Source: a bacterium
GTDB taxonomy: Bacteria > RBG-13-61-14 > DATKZS01
Assembly: GCA_963674965.2 (NCBI GenBank)
Contig: CAXXFL010000004.1
Location: 32,001-96,000 of the forward strand
Length of the DNA stretch: 64,000 nucleotides
Direction of reading: 5' to 3'
Shown: piece by piece, positions 1 through 10,939 of the stretch
Layout of the letters: every line of letters begins with the position of its first letter
Position numbering within the stretch: the stretch's first letter is position 1
Translations under genes and position numbers: made by a program
Notes under the pieces: model-generated
The model's input: only the letters and a program-made list of their open reading frames with translations
Told to the model about the DNA's origin: nothing
The model's database searches: none

Positions 1-176
1 ACATGAATAGCTACAGTGAAATTATGAAAAAGTGCGAGGGCGTGAAATAACCAGGACGATGAGGAGGACGGAAAAAACCGCGGGCGACTCGGACGGCTCA
101 TCCACGGCGCGAGCCGTATCTTTTATAACGCGTTCAATTATAGTAGAATCGACTTCGATCGGGGGTGATAGAAGCA

Positions 177-1388
177 ATGGGAACGTCAGGAAAACGAATA
201 GTTATCGCGGCGACCGTGGTTATGGCCCTTGTAGCGGCCCTGTCAGGCCTGTCGTGCCTTTCGAGGACATACACGGATGTTCCTTTAACCTCTCGCGTCG
301 TTGACGCCGAAACGGGGGGTCCCGTCCAAGACGCATATATACTGTATAGAAAAATATGGAGAGTTCACGGTCTTGCGGGAGAGCTTTTCGGGCAAAGCGA
401 GTTCAGCAGGAGCTTTATCTCGAAAACGGACGCCCAGGGCATTTTTACTGTACCTGAGACAAAGATTAAGTACTCCGGCTTGTATGAGCCATTTATGCTT
501 AGATTGCTCGTGTTTAAGCAAGGCTACGGATACAAGGAATTGATGGTAAACGTCAGTTCCTCGATCGGCAAATTGAATGAAAACGAAGAGTCGCCAAACG
601 ATTTAATACAACTTGCAAGCGTGCCTTCGACAATACACCTTTATCCACTTAAGCCGGATGACTCGCCTTGTCGGCAGTGGGAAAAGGTCGATTACGAAAC
701 GCCATTTTTTCTGGGCGTCAATAGGATCGTCGAGGGAAAACTTGAAAGCCGCAAGACGGCTATCGAGGCCCAAAAGGCCCTGGAGGATTTCCACGATTTC
801 GTTGAAGATCATGATTGCTCGAAAAAAGAGAACATCAATAAGATGAATATCGGCGATCTTTCCGATTATCTGGATAAAAATCCAGAAGTCGTCAATGACG
901 CCAGTCCTGACGGGAGTACACCGTTATTAAACGCGGCAGTGTTTGGTGACGTCGAAACAGTAAAGCTGCTTCTTGACAAAGGAGCCGATGTAAATGCAAT
1001 GACAGACTGGGGGACCCCTCTTTTTATGGCAACTGTAAACGGAAAGACTGAGGTTGTGAAGCTCCTCTTGGAGCATGGAGCTGACCCTAATATTCCCGAA
1101 AGAACGGGCTCGACCCCACTCCACGCGGCAATAGGGGGGAATAGGAGTATCGTGATACTTTTGCTGGCAGCCGGGGCCGACCCGAACGCGGCTGAGAGCG
1201 GAGGATTAACGCCCTTGCATATTTGCGCGATTCTAGGACGTGAAGATTATTGCGAAGTATTATTGAAACATGGGGCTGTCCCCAGCCTGACTTTAAAAGA
1301 CCATGAGGGAAAAACTCCCCTCGACGTCGCCAATGATATGGATCACCGGAAAGCCTACGATCTAATGAACAGTTACTTGTATCGTTGA
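177..1388 (+). CDS. Exported/lipoprotein with carboxypeptidase-regulatory-like N-domain and C-terminal ankyrin repeats
   Basis: Hydrophobic N-terminus ending LSGLSC (lipobox-like); RVVDAETGGPV motif; about five ankyrin repeats (GSTPLLNAA, GTPLFMA, GSTPLHAA, GLTPLHICA, GKTPLDVA). Start moved to ATG 177 after GGGGG. Confidence 0.85.
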   Translation: MGTSGKRIVIAATVVMALVAALSGLSCLSRTYTDVPLTSRVVDAETGGPVQDAYILYRKIWRVHGLAGELFGQSEFSRSFISKTDAQGIFTVPETKIKYSGLYEPFMLRLLVFKQGYGYKELMVNVSSSIGKLNENEESPNDLIQLASVPSTIHLYPLKPDDSPCRQWEKVDYETPFFLGVNRIVEGKLESRKTAIEAQKALEDFHDFVEDHDCSKKENINKMNIGDLSDYLDKNPEVVNDASPDGSTPLLNAAVFGDVETVKLLLDKGADVNAMTDWGTPLFMATVNGKTEVVKLLLEHGADPNIPERTGSTPLHAAIGGNRSIVILLLAAGADPNAAESGGLTPLHICAILGREDYCEVLLKHGAVPSLTLKDHEGKTPLDVANDMDHRKAYDLMNSYLYR

Positions 1389-1563
1389 TGCAAAAAGACC
1401 CGGCCACGCTGGGGCCAATTACGCAATCGAGGCCCGTTCCCTCTTCGCTCTTGACGCCATGACTTGGGTCATTGTAGTATCGCCGCTGGACGGGAGCATT
1501 ATTAATGGCTTCCAGGTCCACTCCGCTGATATGGCGGAATTCCATCAAGGAGAACGAAGCAAA

Positions 1564-2379
1564 ATGAGCAAAAGAAACTGGTTATTGAAAATGTACTTCA
1601 TGATTTTTATCCTCATTGTCACGATAGCCGGCGGACTCGTCATGGCGGGGGGAGAATCGGCGCTTCAGGTTAACAACAACTCGAACTCCAGTCTTTCGGT
1701 GATCATGTTCTCGGGCGGTAACAAGGTGCTCGAGCGGGACCTGGCGCCAAGAAGCTCGGGCCAGTATCCCATCAGCCCGGGCTCGTATTCCCTCCACTAC
1801 TATGACGACAACGGCCTGGAGCGTTGGTTCGACTGCAATATCGGGCCGGACAAGCTGTATACCTTCAACTGCGTACACATGGACGGCAAATACGGTCCCG
1901 GCGCGAACTGCGACCACAACCTCGGCGTATCGGCCCTGCCCAAGGCGGGTAACCCCGCCCCATCCGCTCCCTCCGAGAGGGACGCCATCGAGGCCATGCT
2001 CAAAAGATACTCCGATTCGGTGAGCGAGAACGACGTCAACCGTCACATGAGTTGTTTCGCCCAAAGCGTCAACTGGTTCGGCAAGGAAAAAAGCTGGTCG
2101 GAGATCATGAGCATAATGCAAAAGGACTTCGGGCTTTACACCTTCAAGAGCATGAACGTCGACAAATTCGAGGTCTCCGTCAACGGGGAGACGGCCACCG
2201 CTCTGTTCGACAAGCAATGGACCTTTTGCAACTGGGACAAGGGAAAGGGCTTTTGCGGGGCAGTCCGCTCGAAATACATGCTGATCAAGGAAAGCGGGGC
2301 CTGGAAAATACGCGGCGTCGAGGACGTGAAGGTCTATTGGTCGGAAAAGGGCATAAACGCCAAGTGCTGCGACTTTTAA
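1564..2379 (+). CDS. Exported protein with C-terminal NTF2/SnoaL-like domain
   Basis: AAGGAG upstream of ATG 1564; N-terminal TM/signal; Pro-rich linker; C-terminal pattern AIEAMLKRYSDSV...YMLIKESGAWKI typical of NTF2-like folds. Confidence 0.65.
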   Translation: MSKRNWLLKMYFMIFILIVTIAGGLVMAGGESALQVNNNSNSSLSVIMFSGGNKVLERDLAPRSSGQYPISPGSYSLHYYDDNGLERWFDCNIGPDKLYTFNCVHMDGKYGPGANCDHNLGVSALPKAGNPAPSAPSERDAIEAMLKRYSDSVSENDVNRHMSCFAQSVNWFGKEKSWSEIMSIMQKDFGLYTFKSMNVDKFEVSVNGETATALFDKQWTFCNWDKGKGFCGAVRSKYMLIKESGAWKIRGVEDVKVYWSEKGINAKCCDF

Positions 2380-2448
2380 AGCTCCCAGGATTGACGCGAG
2401 CTTGCGTATGAACTGGAAAAGGCAAACGATTCCGGCTATGATGGTCCC

Positions 2449-3345
2449 ATGAAAAACGAGCGGGGCATAAGCGTTTGGGAGATACTGGCCGCCATGGCCG
2501 TGGTTTCCCTGCTGGCGGCGGGACTGATATTTCTGAAGGGCCAGGAAGACCTTGTTTCCGCGCTGGAGAAGGGCGAGCGTCCCTCCGACGCCCGGGAGAC
2601 GCTGGGTGAGAGGCTGAAAAAGGACCCCAACGACCTGGCGGCCCAGTCCTGGCTGCTACGGCTCGAGATCGAGGAGGGGGACACCCTTTCGGCCTCCCGC
2701 CGGCTGGCCATGCTCGAGGTGAAATTCAAGGGAAGCTATGAGGTCGAGTCCGGCGCCTGCCTTTTTTATATGAAGAACAAGAACTGGTCCGTCGCGTCCA
2801 ACAGGTGCAATAAAGCGCTCAAGGTCTCGAGAAGGACGGTGGAGGACTTAAACCTCGCGGCGGCCTCTCTCCTCAAGGCCGGCAAGGCCAAGGACGCCAA
2901 GCCCATCCTGCTCGAGGCCCAGGAGAAGTCGCCCAATAACTACAAGGTGCTTAACAACCTCGGGTTCTATTATCTTTCCAGGCGCGACTACGATCAGGCC
3001 TTTCCCCTGTTTAAAAAATCCATCGTCCTCAACCCCGCGGAGATTGACGCGAGAAAAAACCTGGCCCGGGCGTATTTCGAGACCAAACGGGTCGATGATT
3101 GCGTCAAGACCCTGGAGGAGGTCCTCGCCCTGGACAAGAACGACGCGGAAGTGCTGGTCAACCTGGCCGTGATCAGCGCCGAGTATTTAAGGCAAAACGA
3201 AAAAGCCCGGGAATACGCCACGCGTGCCCTGGCCCTGGGCCTTCCGCCGGAGCAGGCCAATCGGCTCCTCTTTATCGTCGCGGGCAAAAGCGTCAACGTG
3301 GTCCCGCCGCCGGGGTCCGAGTTGTCCACCCCTCCCGAGCGATGA
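2449..3345 (+). CDS. TPR protein with prepilin-type (class III) N-terminal signal
   Basis: MKNERG|ISVWEILAAMAVVSLL (Gly -1, Glu +5); TPR motifs VLNNLGFYYL, ARKNLARAYF, VLVNLAVI. Confidence 0.75.
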   Translation: MKNERGISVWEILAAMAVVSLLAAGLIFLKGQEDLVSALEKGERPSDARETLGERLKKDPNDLAAQSWLLRLEIEEGDTLSASRRLAMLEVKFKGSYEVESGACLFYMKNKNWSVASNRCNKALKVSRRTVEDLNLAAASLLKAGKAKDAKPILLEAQEKSPNNYKVLNNLGFYYLSRRDYDQAFPLFKKSIVLNPAEIDARKNLARAYFETKRVDDCVKTLEEVLALDKNDAEVLVNLAVISAEYLRQNEKAREYATRALALGLPPEQANRLLFIVAGKSVNVVPPPGSELSTPPER

Positions 3346-3365
3346 CCCCGGGCCGGGCCGCGAAG

Positions 3366-5588
3366 TCATCCGTCCAGGACTTCCCTGACTTTTCCTAACA
3401 GCGACTTGTTGGTGAAGGGCTTTTGTATGAAGCGGAAAGTCCTGCTGGCCTCCCCCCCCTTGGCCACCAGTTCCTCGTTGTAGCCGGACATAAAAAGGGT
3501 CTTCATGTCCGGATGGATGAGGCGGATTTGCTTGACCATCTCCCATCCGTTCATTCCGGTCATGACCACGTCGGTCAGGACCATGTCGATGTCGTTCATT
3601 TTTTCCTCGAAGACCATGAGTCCTTCCTCGCCCGATGAGGCCGTCAGCACCTCGTATCCCTCGAGCTCGAGAATGTCCTTGGCCACACGCCGCACCGACT
3701 CCTCGTCCTCGACCACCAGCACCGTCTCCCAGCCGCCGGGGGCAACGGGACCCTCCTTGGCGCGGAGGGCGGACGCCGTGATCTCGTGCTCGGAAAGGCG
3801 CTTGAGGAATATGGAAAAGGTCGTGCCGATCCCCTCCTTGCTGTCGGCCGTGATGTGGCCGTCGTGCTGCCTGACGATGCCGTAGACGCTGGCCAGACCC
3901 AGGCCCGTGCCCTTGCCTTCCTCCTTGGTGGTGAAGAAGGGCTCGAATATCCTTTCCATGACCTCGGGCAAGATGCCCGTTCCGTTGTCCCTGACCGAGA
4001 CGATCACGAACTTTCCGCTCTTAAGGTCGTGCGGAGCGCCGGGGTCTCCGCTTCGTATGGTGGCGCTCCTCGTTTGGAGGACTAATTTTCCTCCCTCGGG
4101 CATGGCGTCGCGGGCGTTGACCACCAGGTTCACTATCACCTGCTCGAACTGGCTGGGGTCCATCATCACGTGGCCCACGTTTTCCTCGAGGTCCGTCTCG
4201 AGTTCGACGTCCTCCCCTATAAGGCGCCGGAGCATGGTCTCCAGGTCGGCCAGCACGTCGTTGGGACAAAGGGGAACGGGCTCGATCATCTGCCTTCTGC
4301 TGAAGGCCAGGAGCTGGCGGGTAAGGGCTGCCGAGCGCTCGGCCGCGGCCCTCATTTCCTGGTGATAGCGCCGCATGTCGTCGTCCTTGCCGAGCTTCCT
4401 GTCCAGTACGCTGAGGATGCCCAGGATCACGGTGAGCTGGTTGTTGAAGTCGTGCGCCACGCCGCCGGCCAGCTTGCCGATGGCCTCCATTTTCTGGCCG
4501 TGCATGAAGCGCTCCTCCATCAGCTTCTTGTCGGTGACGTCGTCGCCCACGACGAGAGCGAAGGTGCGCCCGCCCACCTCGATGGTCTCGGCGGAAAGCA
4601 AAAGGGTCCGCACCATGCCCGACTTGGTAATGATCTCGCTTTCCACGTTGATAAAGCTGCCGATGTCGCGAAGGGCCTTTTTCATGGCGTTGAGGTCCGA
4701 GCGGTACTTGAAAAAGGGAGGGTTTTTATAGTTCCCTCCCACCACCTCCTCGCGACTGTAACCGCTTGTCATGAGGTAGCTGGAGTTTACGTCAACGTGG
4801 ATGCCCGTGGCCATGTCCGTCAGCAGCATGACGCTGGGGGAGGAGTGGAAGGTCTTGGTGAACATCTCGCTCGATTCCCGAAGCGCCTCGTCCCTGGCCT
4901 CGATCAGGTCGAGCATCTCGTTGAAGTTGTCGATAAGCTGGCCCACCTCGTCGGGCGGCCCTTTTTCGGCGCGGAGGGAGTAGTCCCTTTTGTCGGTCAC
5001 CTCCTTGGCCGTCCGGGCCAGGGAAAGGATCGGACCCAGCACCGTGCCCTGTAACCTGGTCCCCATCAGGAAGGCCACGATAAAGGCGACCAAAAGGGAG
5101 ATACCGAAGATGAAAAGGTGGCGCGCCGAAACTTGGCGGTACTCGCTTTTATCCTGGCGCAGGGTCAAAAACCCGACTCTTTGGCCCTCGAAAGCAATGG
5201 GCACGGTGGTCTCGACGTAGTCCACGTAGGCCGCCGTTTCCAACTCGCTTAGAGGCGGCGGAGCAATGGCCTCGTTTCTGTCCCTTTGATATATGGCCAC
5301 CACCTTGCCGTCAAGGTCGTACACGCAGGCGAGGAATATGGAGGGCTTGGCCGCCAGGGAGGCGAGAATTTTTCCGGCCCCTTCATAGTCCTTGTGGGCG
5401 ACGTAGGGAGCCCCGTTGGAGCTTATGACCCCGGCGAAACCCGCCAAGTCCCTTAGCAAAATTTTATTGCGAATGAAATAGGAATAGGTAAAAAGGGATA
5501 TAATCGGCGCCAGCACGGCCGCGATACTGGACACGATCACGATATTGACAATCTTCTTTTTGAGGCTCTTTGATGAAGTCTTGCGCAC
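3366..5588 (-). CDS. Hybrid sensor histidine kinase (periplasmic CHASE-like, HAMP, PAS, HisKA, HATPase, REC)
   Basis: Two TMs; [23 protein letters not shown]-box; [26 protein letters not shown]...LTDVVM...KPF. Confidence 0.93.
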   Translation of the reverse strand: MRKTSSKSLKKKIVNIVIVSSIAAVLAPIISLFTYSYFIRNKILLRDLAGFAGVISSNGAPYVAHKDYEGAGKILASLAAKPSIFLACVYDLDGKVVAIYQRDRNEAIAPPPLSELETAAYVDYVETTVPIAFEGQRVGFLTLRQDKSEYRQVSARHLFIFGISLLVAFIVAFLMGTRLQGTVLGPILSLARTAKEVTDKRDYSLRAEKGPPDEVGQLIDNFNEMLDLIEARDEALRESSEMFTKTFHSSPSVMLLTDMATGIHVDVNSSYLMTSGYSREEVVGGNYKNPPFFKYRSDLNAMKKALRDIGSFINVESEIITKSGMVRTLLLSAETIEVGGRTFALVVGDDVTDKKLMEERFMHGQKMEAIGKLAGGVAHDFNNQLTVILGILSVLDRKLGKDDDMRRYHQEMRAAAERSAALTRQLLAFSRRQMIEPVPLCPNDVLADLETMLRRLIGEDVELETDLEENVGHVMMDPSQFEQVIVNLVVNARDAMPEGGKLVLQTRSATIRSGDPGAPHDLKSGKFVIVSVRDNGTGILPEVMERIFEPFFTTKEEGKGTGLGLASVYGIVRQHDGHITADSKEGIGTTFSIFLKRLSEHEITASALRAKEGPVAPGGWETVLVVEDEESVRRVAKDILELEGYEVLTASSGEEGLMVFEEKMNDIDMVLTDVVMTGMNGWEMVKQIRLIHPDMKTLFMSGYNEELVAKGGEASRTFRFIQKPFTNKSLLGKVREVLDG

Positions 5589-5882
5589 GCCCGTTTCTCC
5601 GCCTCGCCCATCCCCGCCAATTTTCCACCAGTACCGGTAACCCGACGGGTATCCGGCGCTTTGTCATCGCCTTTGAAAAAAGACGCGCTTATCTTCCCAT
5701 GCTGGATAAGCCTCGTCTTATTATACCCGATCCGAGTCGTTTGTCACGCCATGGAGGGCATGAAGACTTATGGCCGCCGGATACTCTTTAAAAAATACTT
5801 CAGTCTTGCGCCTTGGCGGTTTGAAGACGGGTTGCCCGCGCGATTTGGAGCGGGGCAATATATAAGCCGATCGAAAGGGAGT

Positions 5883-8800
5883 TTACGTGCCCGGTTGGCC
5901 GTAGGGATCGGACTTCGCGGCCATGGACACGGATCGGTAGGCGCGGAGGAGTTCCTCCAGGTGGGCGCCCGAGGAGGAAAAATCTCCCTCTTTGGCCAGT
6001 TGCTCGATGCGGGCGGCGGGCTGGGCTAAAAGGTCGACCCTCATGTTCAGAGCCGCGCCCTTGATCGAGTGAGACTCGTGACGGGCGGCGTCGGCGTCCT
6101 TTCTCTCGAAGGCCCTTTGCAGGGTTTCTATTCTGGCCTCGGTATCCTTGAGAAAGGCATCGAGCAGTCTGGCGTAAGTTTCCGCGTTTATAATAAGTTC
6201 TTCCCTGATCAATTCCTCGGAAGGCAGCGGGCTGGACTCGGGGGAAGGGACCGCGGCTATTTCCTGGTCCGATTCGGACGCGGGAGGACCGGCCAAATAC
6301 CTGTCCAGATTCTCTTTCAATTTTCTTTTACCGATGGGCTTGGACATGAAATCGTTCATTCCCGCCTTGATGCAGGCCTTTTTATCCTCCTTCATCGCGT
6401 TGGCGGTCATGGCGACTATGGGCGACGTTACTCCCTTGGCGCGGATAATCCTGGTCGCCGCGAGACCGTCCATGTTCGGCATCTGCATGTCCATGAAAAT
6501 AAGGTCATATTCGCGGGCCGCGGCCATTTGCACGGCGATGGAGCCGTCCTCGGCCGAGTCGGTCTCGACGCCAAGACCGTCGAGCATGGCCAGCGCCATT
6601 TTGCGGTTGATCAAGCTGTCCTCGACGAGAAGGACCCGTGCCCGCTTGCCCGGTCCTTGCGAGCTTCGAGTGGGCCGGGGCGGGCAAAGCCTGGTTTTGC
6701 CATTTCCGGATACGGAGGTTGCAAGAGTGGTGAGCGCCGACAAGGCCACGTCTCCATCCCCAAGATACGTCGGCTTTACGGCGTCCGACTTGGGAAACCA
6801 CAACTCGAAGCTGAAGGTCGATCCTTTTCCCTCCCCGCTTTCCACCTCGACGTCTCCACCCATGAGGTTGACGAGCTTTCTGGAAATGGAAAGGCCAAGA
6901 CCGGTCCCGCCGAACTTCCTGGTGGTGGACCCGTCGGCCTGGGTAAAGGAGTCGAAGATGGTCTTCTGCTTATACCATGGAATCCCAATTCCAGTGTCGG
7001 TAACGGAAAAACGGATTTTCACCCTCTCCATGTCCTCCGCCGCGGCCTGGGCCCGGGTGACGACGCTTCCCGTTTGCGTGAACTTGACCGCGTTTCCAAG
7101 CAGATTGATAAGGACCTGACGCAGCCGGGTGGGGTCTCCGACCACGCCCTCCGGCACGTTCTCCATCTCGAGTGACATTTCAAGGCCCTTCTCGCGGGCC
7201 TTCACCCTGATGATATCGCCGGCCTCCGCCAGTATGTCCTCGATGCTGAAGGGAATCGACTCGAGCTCGACCTTGCCCGCCTCGATTTTCGACAAGTCCA
7301 GGACGTCGTTTATAAGGGCCATAAGGGCGTCGCTCGAGACCTTGATCATCTCGAGGGACTCCCGCCGCCGGGGGTCCGATTCCTCCTCGATCATCAACTC
7401 GGTAAAGCCGATGATGGCGTTCATGGGCGTTCTTATCTCGTGGCTCATGTTGGCCAAAAACTGGCTTTTGGCCACGTTGGCTATCTCGGCCTCCTTGGCC
7501 ATGTGGCTGGCCTTTTCCATGGCCATTTCCAGTTGGTCGTTGGTGGCCTCGAGTTCCTGGTTGGCCGCCCCGATCTGCTGCATGGCAGCCTCGAGCTGCT
7601 GGTTACTGGCGGAAAGCTCCTGGTTGGCCGCCGCGAGTTGCTGATAGGCCGCGTGAATTTCCTCCTTGGCCCGAAGGAGTTCACGCTCGGATTTCTTCCG
7701 GTCCGTAATATCGAGGAAGCTCTCGATCAAATGTCGTTTCCCGTTCAGCGTGACGGTGGTGACGCTTTTCAATATGGGTATTTTTTCCCCGGCGGCGTCT
7801 ACAAGGACATGCTCGGCATTATCCACGTTTTGTCCGAGGTCCATGATGGGGCAGCTTTCCTTGTGAGCCGGACAGAAGTGGTCGTTGCAGGAGTGATCGA
7901 GTATTTCCTCGCGGCTTCGTCCCAAAATATCCAGGGCTTTCTGGTTTATCTCGACGACGGTCCTGGTTTCCGCGTCGATAAGGACTATACCGATCAAAAC
8001 GGACTCGAGCAGCGCCTTTAATCGGTCCTCACTCTCCCGGAGTTCACGCTCGACCCGCTTTTTCTCGGTAATATCCTCTCCCGAGCACAAAACGCCCGTA
8101 AAGACGCCGCGTTCGTCCTTGAGGACCGAGCTCTGCCACGAGACTATCCGTTCGCGTCCGGTCCTTGTCACGATGGACTGCTCGTATTGTTCGGGCACGT
8201 CCAGCCTTCCGGACATTATCTCTTTATAGCCTTTTTTGAGCGCTCGCCTTTGCAAAGGCGCGAGGAAGTTATCGAACCAGTCAAGGCCTATCACGTCTTC
8301 ATCTTCCGCCTCGAGGATTTCCTTGCCCTTTTTATTAAGGAGGACGATGCCGCCCTGGCGGTCGAGGGCCAGAAATATGGATGGAGATAAATCAAGGTAT
8401 GTCCTGGCCTTATCTCTTTCCTTTTTAAGTTGTTCCTCGTAGGCGACGCGGTCGGTTACGTCCCGGTTGATGGCCCTGAAGCCGGCGAACCTTCCCTTTT
8501 CATCATAATAGGGCATGCCGGTCGTCTCGATTATTACCTCTTCCCCGTTCTTTCTCGTTTTCCTGCTCACGACCTTGGCGATGGGTACCCTGTTCTCGAT
8601 CAGATAATCGACGGTCTCGCGATAATTAGTCTTGTCCACCTCGGAAACGAAGTCGATATAGTTCTTACCTATAATCTCCTCGGACTCGTAACCCAAGATG
8701 GTTTTTACCGCCGCGCTGGAATACAGATAATTCTTCTCCTTGTCCGTCTCCAGAATCCAGTCTCCCGAGTTGTCGGCGATCTGGCTGAAGCGTTCCTCGC

Positions 8801-9650
8801 TTTTCTTTAAAAGCTCCGCCTTTTTCAAGACCCGGTTTCTTTCCCTGGCCGCGTAAAGGGCGAGGGCGGAAAAAAAGGCCAGCGAAAACATGGCCGTTAA
8901 AATATTGATAATAAAAGCTATCTTACGGTTATGCTCGTTGGACCGGTTCATGGCGGCGTCGGCCGCCATAACGTTCCTGGCAAGGTATCCCTCGAGTCTG
9001 GAGACGGGAAGGAAGAACTCGTCGATATAAGCCGTGGCCGCCACGTTGAGGCGATAACCGTCGGCCGTAACCTCGGGGGACTCGGCGACCCACATATACT
9101 TTTCTTTTATTTCTCCGCCCGGTTCGCGCCAATCGTAATATCCGCCTGCATCTCCCGCCTCCAGAGCGTCGCGCATGATGCGCCAGAAGCCGGGCAGTTC
9201 GCTTTCTAGCGTAACCAGGGGAAGGTCCTCGATTTCCTCGTGAGGGTGAAGGCGGCAAATGCCGGTTTCAACCTCGGTAATGGCCGTGTAGCCCGAGGAC
9301 CCTATCTTTTTGACGGCCAAGGACCGAAAGTACTCGTCGCGCTGTAGGTCCTTAATCGTGTACTCGGGATGACTTCTAAGATAGCAACCAATAATCGAGG
9401 CGACGCCCTCGGCGTGCTGGCGGATCGTCATCTCGCCGTGAAGACGGACCGACTCCGAGGCCTGGTGAACGGACTCGTCGCTGATGCCGGACAGGGCGGA
9501 GTTGGCTTCCTTCATGGTGCGCGAAACGCCCCAGTGCAAAGTATAAACGTTAAGAGAAACCAAAAGCGCCGTAATAACCAGAAAAAGCAGTACCAAAGAA
9601 CTGAGGAAGTCCGGTTTGATGATTTTCTTTATTTTATCCAATCCGCCCAT
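5883..9650 (-). CDS. Unorthodox hybrid histidine kinase (Cache, 3 PAS, coiled coil, HisKA, HATPase, REC, HPt)
   Basis: FLANMSHEIRTPMN; NLLGNAVKFT; GGTGLGL; REC FMDMQMP; HPt HESHSIKGAA. Confidence 0.93.
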   Translation of the reverse strand: MGGLDKIKKIIKPDFLSSLVLLFLVITALLVSLNVYTLHWGVSRTMKEANSALSGISDESVHQASESVRLHGEMTIRQHAEGVASIIGCYLRSHPEYTIKDLQRDEYFRSLAVKKIGSSGYTAITEVETGICRLHPHEEIEDLPLVTLESELPGFWRIMRDALEAGDAGGYYDWREPGGEIKEKYMWVAESPEVTADGYRLNVAATAYIDEFFLPVSRLEGYLARNVMAADAAMNRSNEHNRKIAFIINILTAMFSLAFFSALALYAARERNRVLKKAELLKKSEERFSQIADNSGDWILETDKEKNYLYSSAAVKTILGYESEEIIGKNYIDFVSEVDKTNYRETVDYLIENRVPIAKVVSRKTRKNGEEVIIETTGMPYYDEKGRFAGFRAINRDVTDRVAYEEQLKKERDKARTYLDLSPSIFLALDRQGGIVLLNKKGKEILEAEDEDVIGLDWFDNFLAPLQRRALKKGYKEIMSGRLDVPEQYEQSIVTRTGRERIVSWQSSVLKDERGVFTGVLCSGEDITEKKRVERELRESEDRLKALLESVLIGIVLIDAETRTVVEINQKALDILGRSREEILDHSCNDHFCPAHKESCPIMDLGQNVDNAEHVLVDAAGEKIPILKSVTTVTLNGKRHLIESFLDITDRKKSERELLRAKEEIHAAYQQLAAANQELSASNQQLEAAMQQIGAANQELEATNDQLEMAMEKASHMAKEAEIANVAKSQFLANMSHEIRTPMNAIIGFTELMIEEESDPRRRESLEMIKVSSDALMALINDVLDLSKIEAGKVELESIPFSIEDILAEAGDIIRVKAREKGLEMSLEMENVPEGVVGDPTRLRQVLINLLGNAVKFTQTGSVVTRAQAAAEDMERVKIRFSVTDTGIGIPWYKQKTIFDSFTQADGSTTRKFGGTGLGLSISRKLVNLMGGDVEVESGEGKGSTFSFELWFPKSDAVKPTYLGDGDVALSALTTLATSVSGNGKTRLCPPRPTRSSQGPGKRARVLLVEDSLINRKMALAMLDGLGVETDSAEDGSIAVQMAAAREYDLIFMDMQMPNMDGLAATRIIRAKGVTSPIVAMTANAMKEDKKACIKAGMNDFMSKPIGKRKLKENLDRYLAGPPASESDQEIAAVPSPESSPLPSEELIREELIINAETYARLLDAFLKDTEARIETLQRAFERKDADAARHESHSIKGAALNMRVDLLAQPAARIEQLAKEGDFSSSGAHLEELLRAYRSVSMAAKSDPYGQPGT

Positions 9651-9704
9651 GTCGCGTTTTATTAATGTTTTCCCCCCTGAAAGATTTATTTCTTAAGTCT
9701 CAAA

Positions 9705-9720
9705 TGCAAATTGAGGGCCA
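9705..9720 (-). promoter_or_regulatory. Putative sigma54 (-24/-12) promoter of the 1255-aa kinase
   Basis: Minus strand TGGCCCTCAATTTGCA = GG-N10-GC, about 55 nt upstream of the start codon. Confidence 0.55.
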
Positions 9721-10304
9721 GAGAAAAATGAAATATTTTATAAAAACAATCCGCGTCGTCCAGTCGGGGCAACAAACAAAATCGGTAAACCCCACCAGAC
9801 TAATATCGGGCTAGCCAATTTTTTCGTGATGCTTATAATGAGGTTTTTTAAAGGTTATTGCGGATGATGCACATGCACCTCGATGAGGTCGGGTAATAAT
9901 TGTCCAACAAGTATCAAGTGGTACACGCAACCGACGAGACTTGAATTTCCCAACTGGTACTCCCTTTGAGAACTGGATTCCCAAAGCCGGGAAATCAAAT
10001 GCAAAAAAAATCCTCCTGGCCAGTTCCCCTCCAGGAAGCAATTCAAAATGACAAATGATTATTTGCCGTCAATTTGCCTTCTTTTTACGTGTAGGTCTTT
10101 GTACGGCCTTGCCCTCCATTTTCTTGAAGCTTAAATTGAAAACCGCAATGTCCATCCAGTCAGCTTAAACAAACCGCGTCGTCAAGGCTTTGTCCTTCCC
10201 GTTTGAACCCTGCTCGGCGGCGCGTTCCAGTGAGAAGAAAAATTTAACGGCCGTCTTGCATTCGGGCGGAAATAAAGCTATTAAAATGTAGGAAGGAGGA
10301 CGGC

Positions 10305-10937
10305 ATGGAACAACTTAGAGAGTACGTAAAATTCGGGAAAGCGAACGAGACGGCCCAGCGGGTCAAGGAACTTCTCGACGGCGGCGCGGCGGCGGACAAG
10401 ATCATGAAGGAGGCCCTTATACCGGCCATGGACGAGGTGGGCGACCTTTTTCAAAAAGGCGAGTTTTTCGTGCCTGAGATGCTGGTGGCGGCCCGGGCCA
10501 TGCAGAGGGGCCTCGAGGTGATCAAGCCGATCCTGGTCGACGGCGGCATCGAGCCCCTGGGCAAGGTGGTGGTGGGCACGGTCAAGGGAGACCTCCACGA
10601 CATCGGCAAGAACCTGGTGACCATGGCCCTGGAGGGCGCCGGTCTCGAGGTGATCGACTTGGGGACGGACGTTCCGGCCGACAAGTTCGTCGAGGCCATC
10701 AAGAAGCATCAGCCCCAGGTGGTGGGCATGAGCGCTCTATTGACCACGACCATGCTGGCCATGAAGGACACCATGGAGGCGATAAAAAACGCGGGGCTTC
10801 GCGACCAGGTCAAGATCATGATCGGTGGGGCCCCCATCCGTCAGGAGTTTTGCGACGAGATAGGGGCGGACTTCTACGGTCCGGACTCGACCTCGGGCCG
10901 CAACTACGCCAGGGACGTGGTCACGGGCGAGGCCTGA
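10305..10937 (+). CDS. Corrinoid (B12-binding) protein, methyltransferase cognate type
   Basis: GEFFVPEMLVAARAM cap domain; DLHDIGKNLV (DxHxxG); SALLTTT; IGGAP; GGAGG RBS. Confidence 0.95.
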   Translation: MEQLREYVKFGKANETAQRVKELLDGGAAADKIMKEALIPAMDEVGDLFQKGEFFVPEMLVAARAMQRGLEVIKPILVDGGIEPLGKVVVGTVKGDLHDIGKNLVTMALEGAGLEVIDLGTDVPADKFVEAIKKHQPQVVGMSALLTTTMLAMKDTMEAIKNAGLRDQVKIMIGGAPIRQEFCDEIGADFYGPDSTSGRNYARDVVTGEA

Positions 10938-10939
10938 TC

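Noticed and set aside
9811-10046. Small ORFs in the AT-rich intergenic region
   Set aside because: No RBS or recognisable motifs; atypical composition.
9960-10304. Cobalamin riboswitch upstream of the corrinoid gene
   Set aside because: Could not find the B12-box or other conserved elements by eye.
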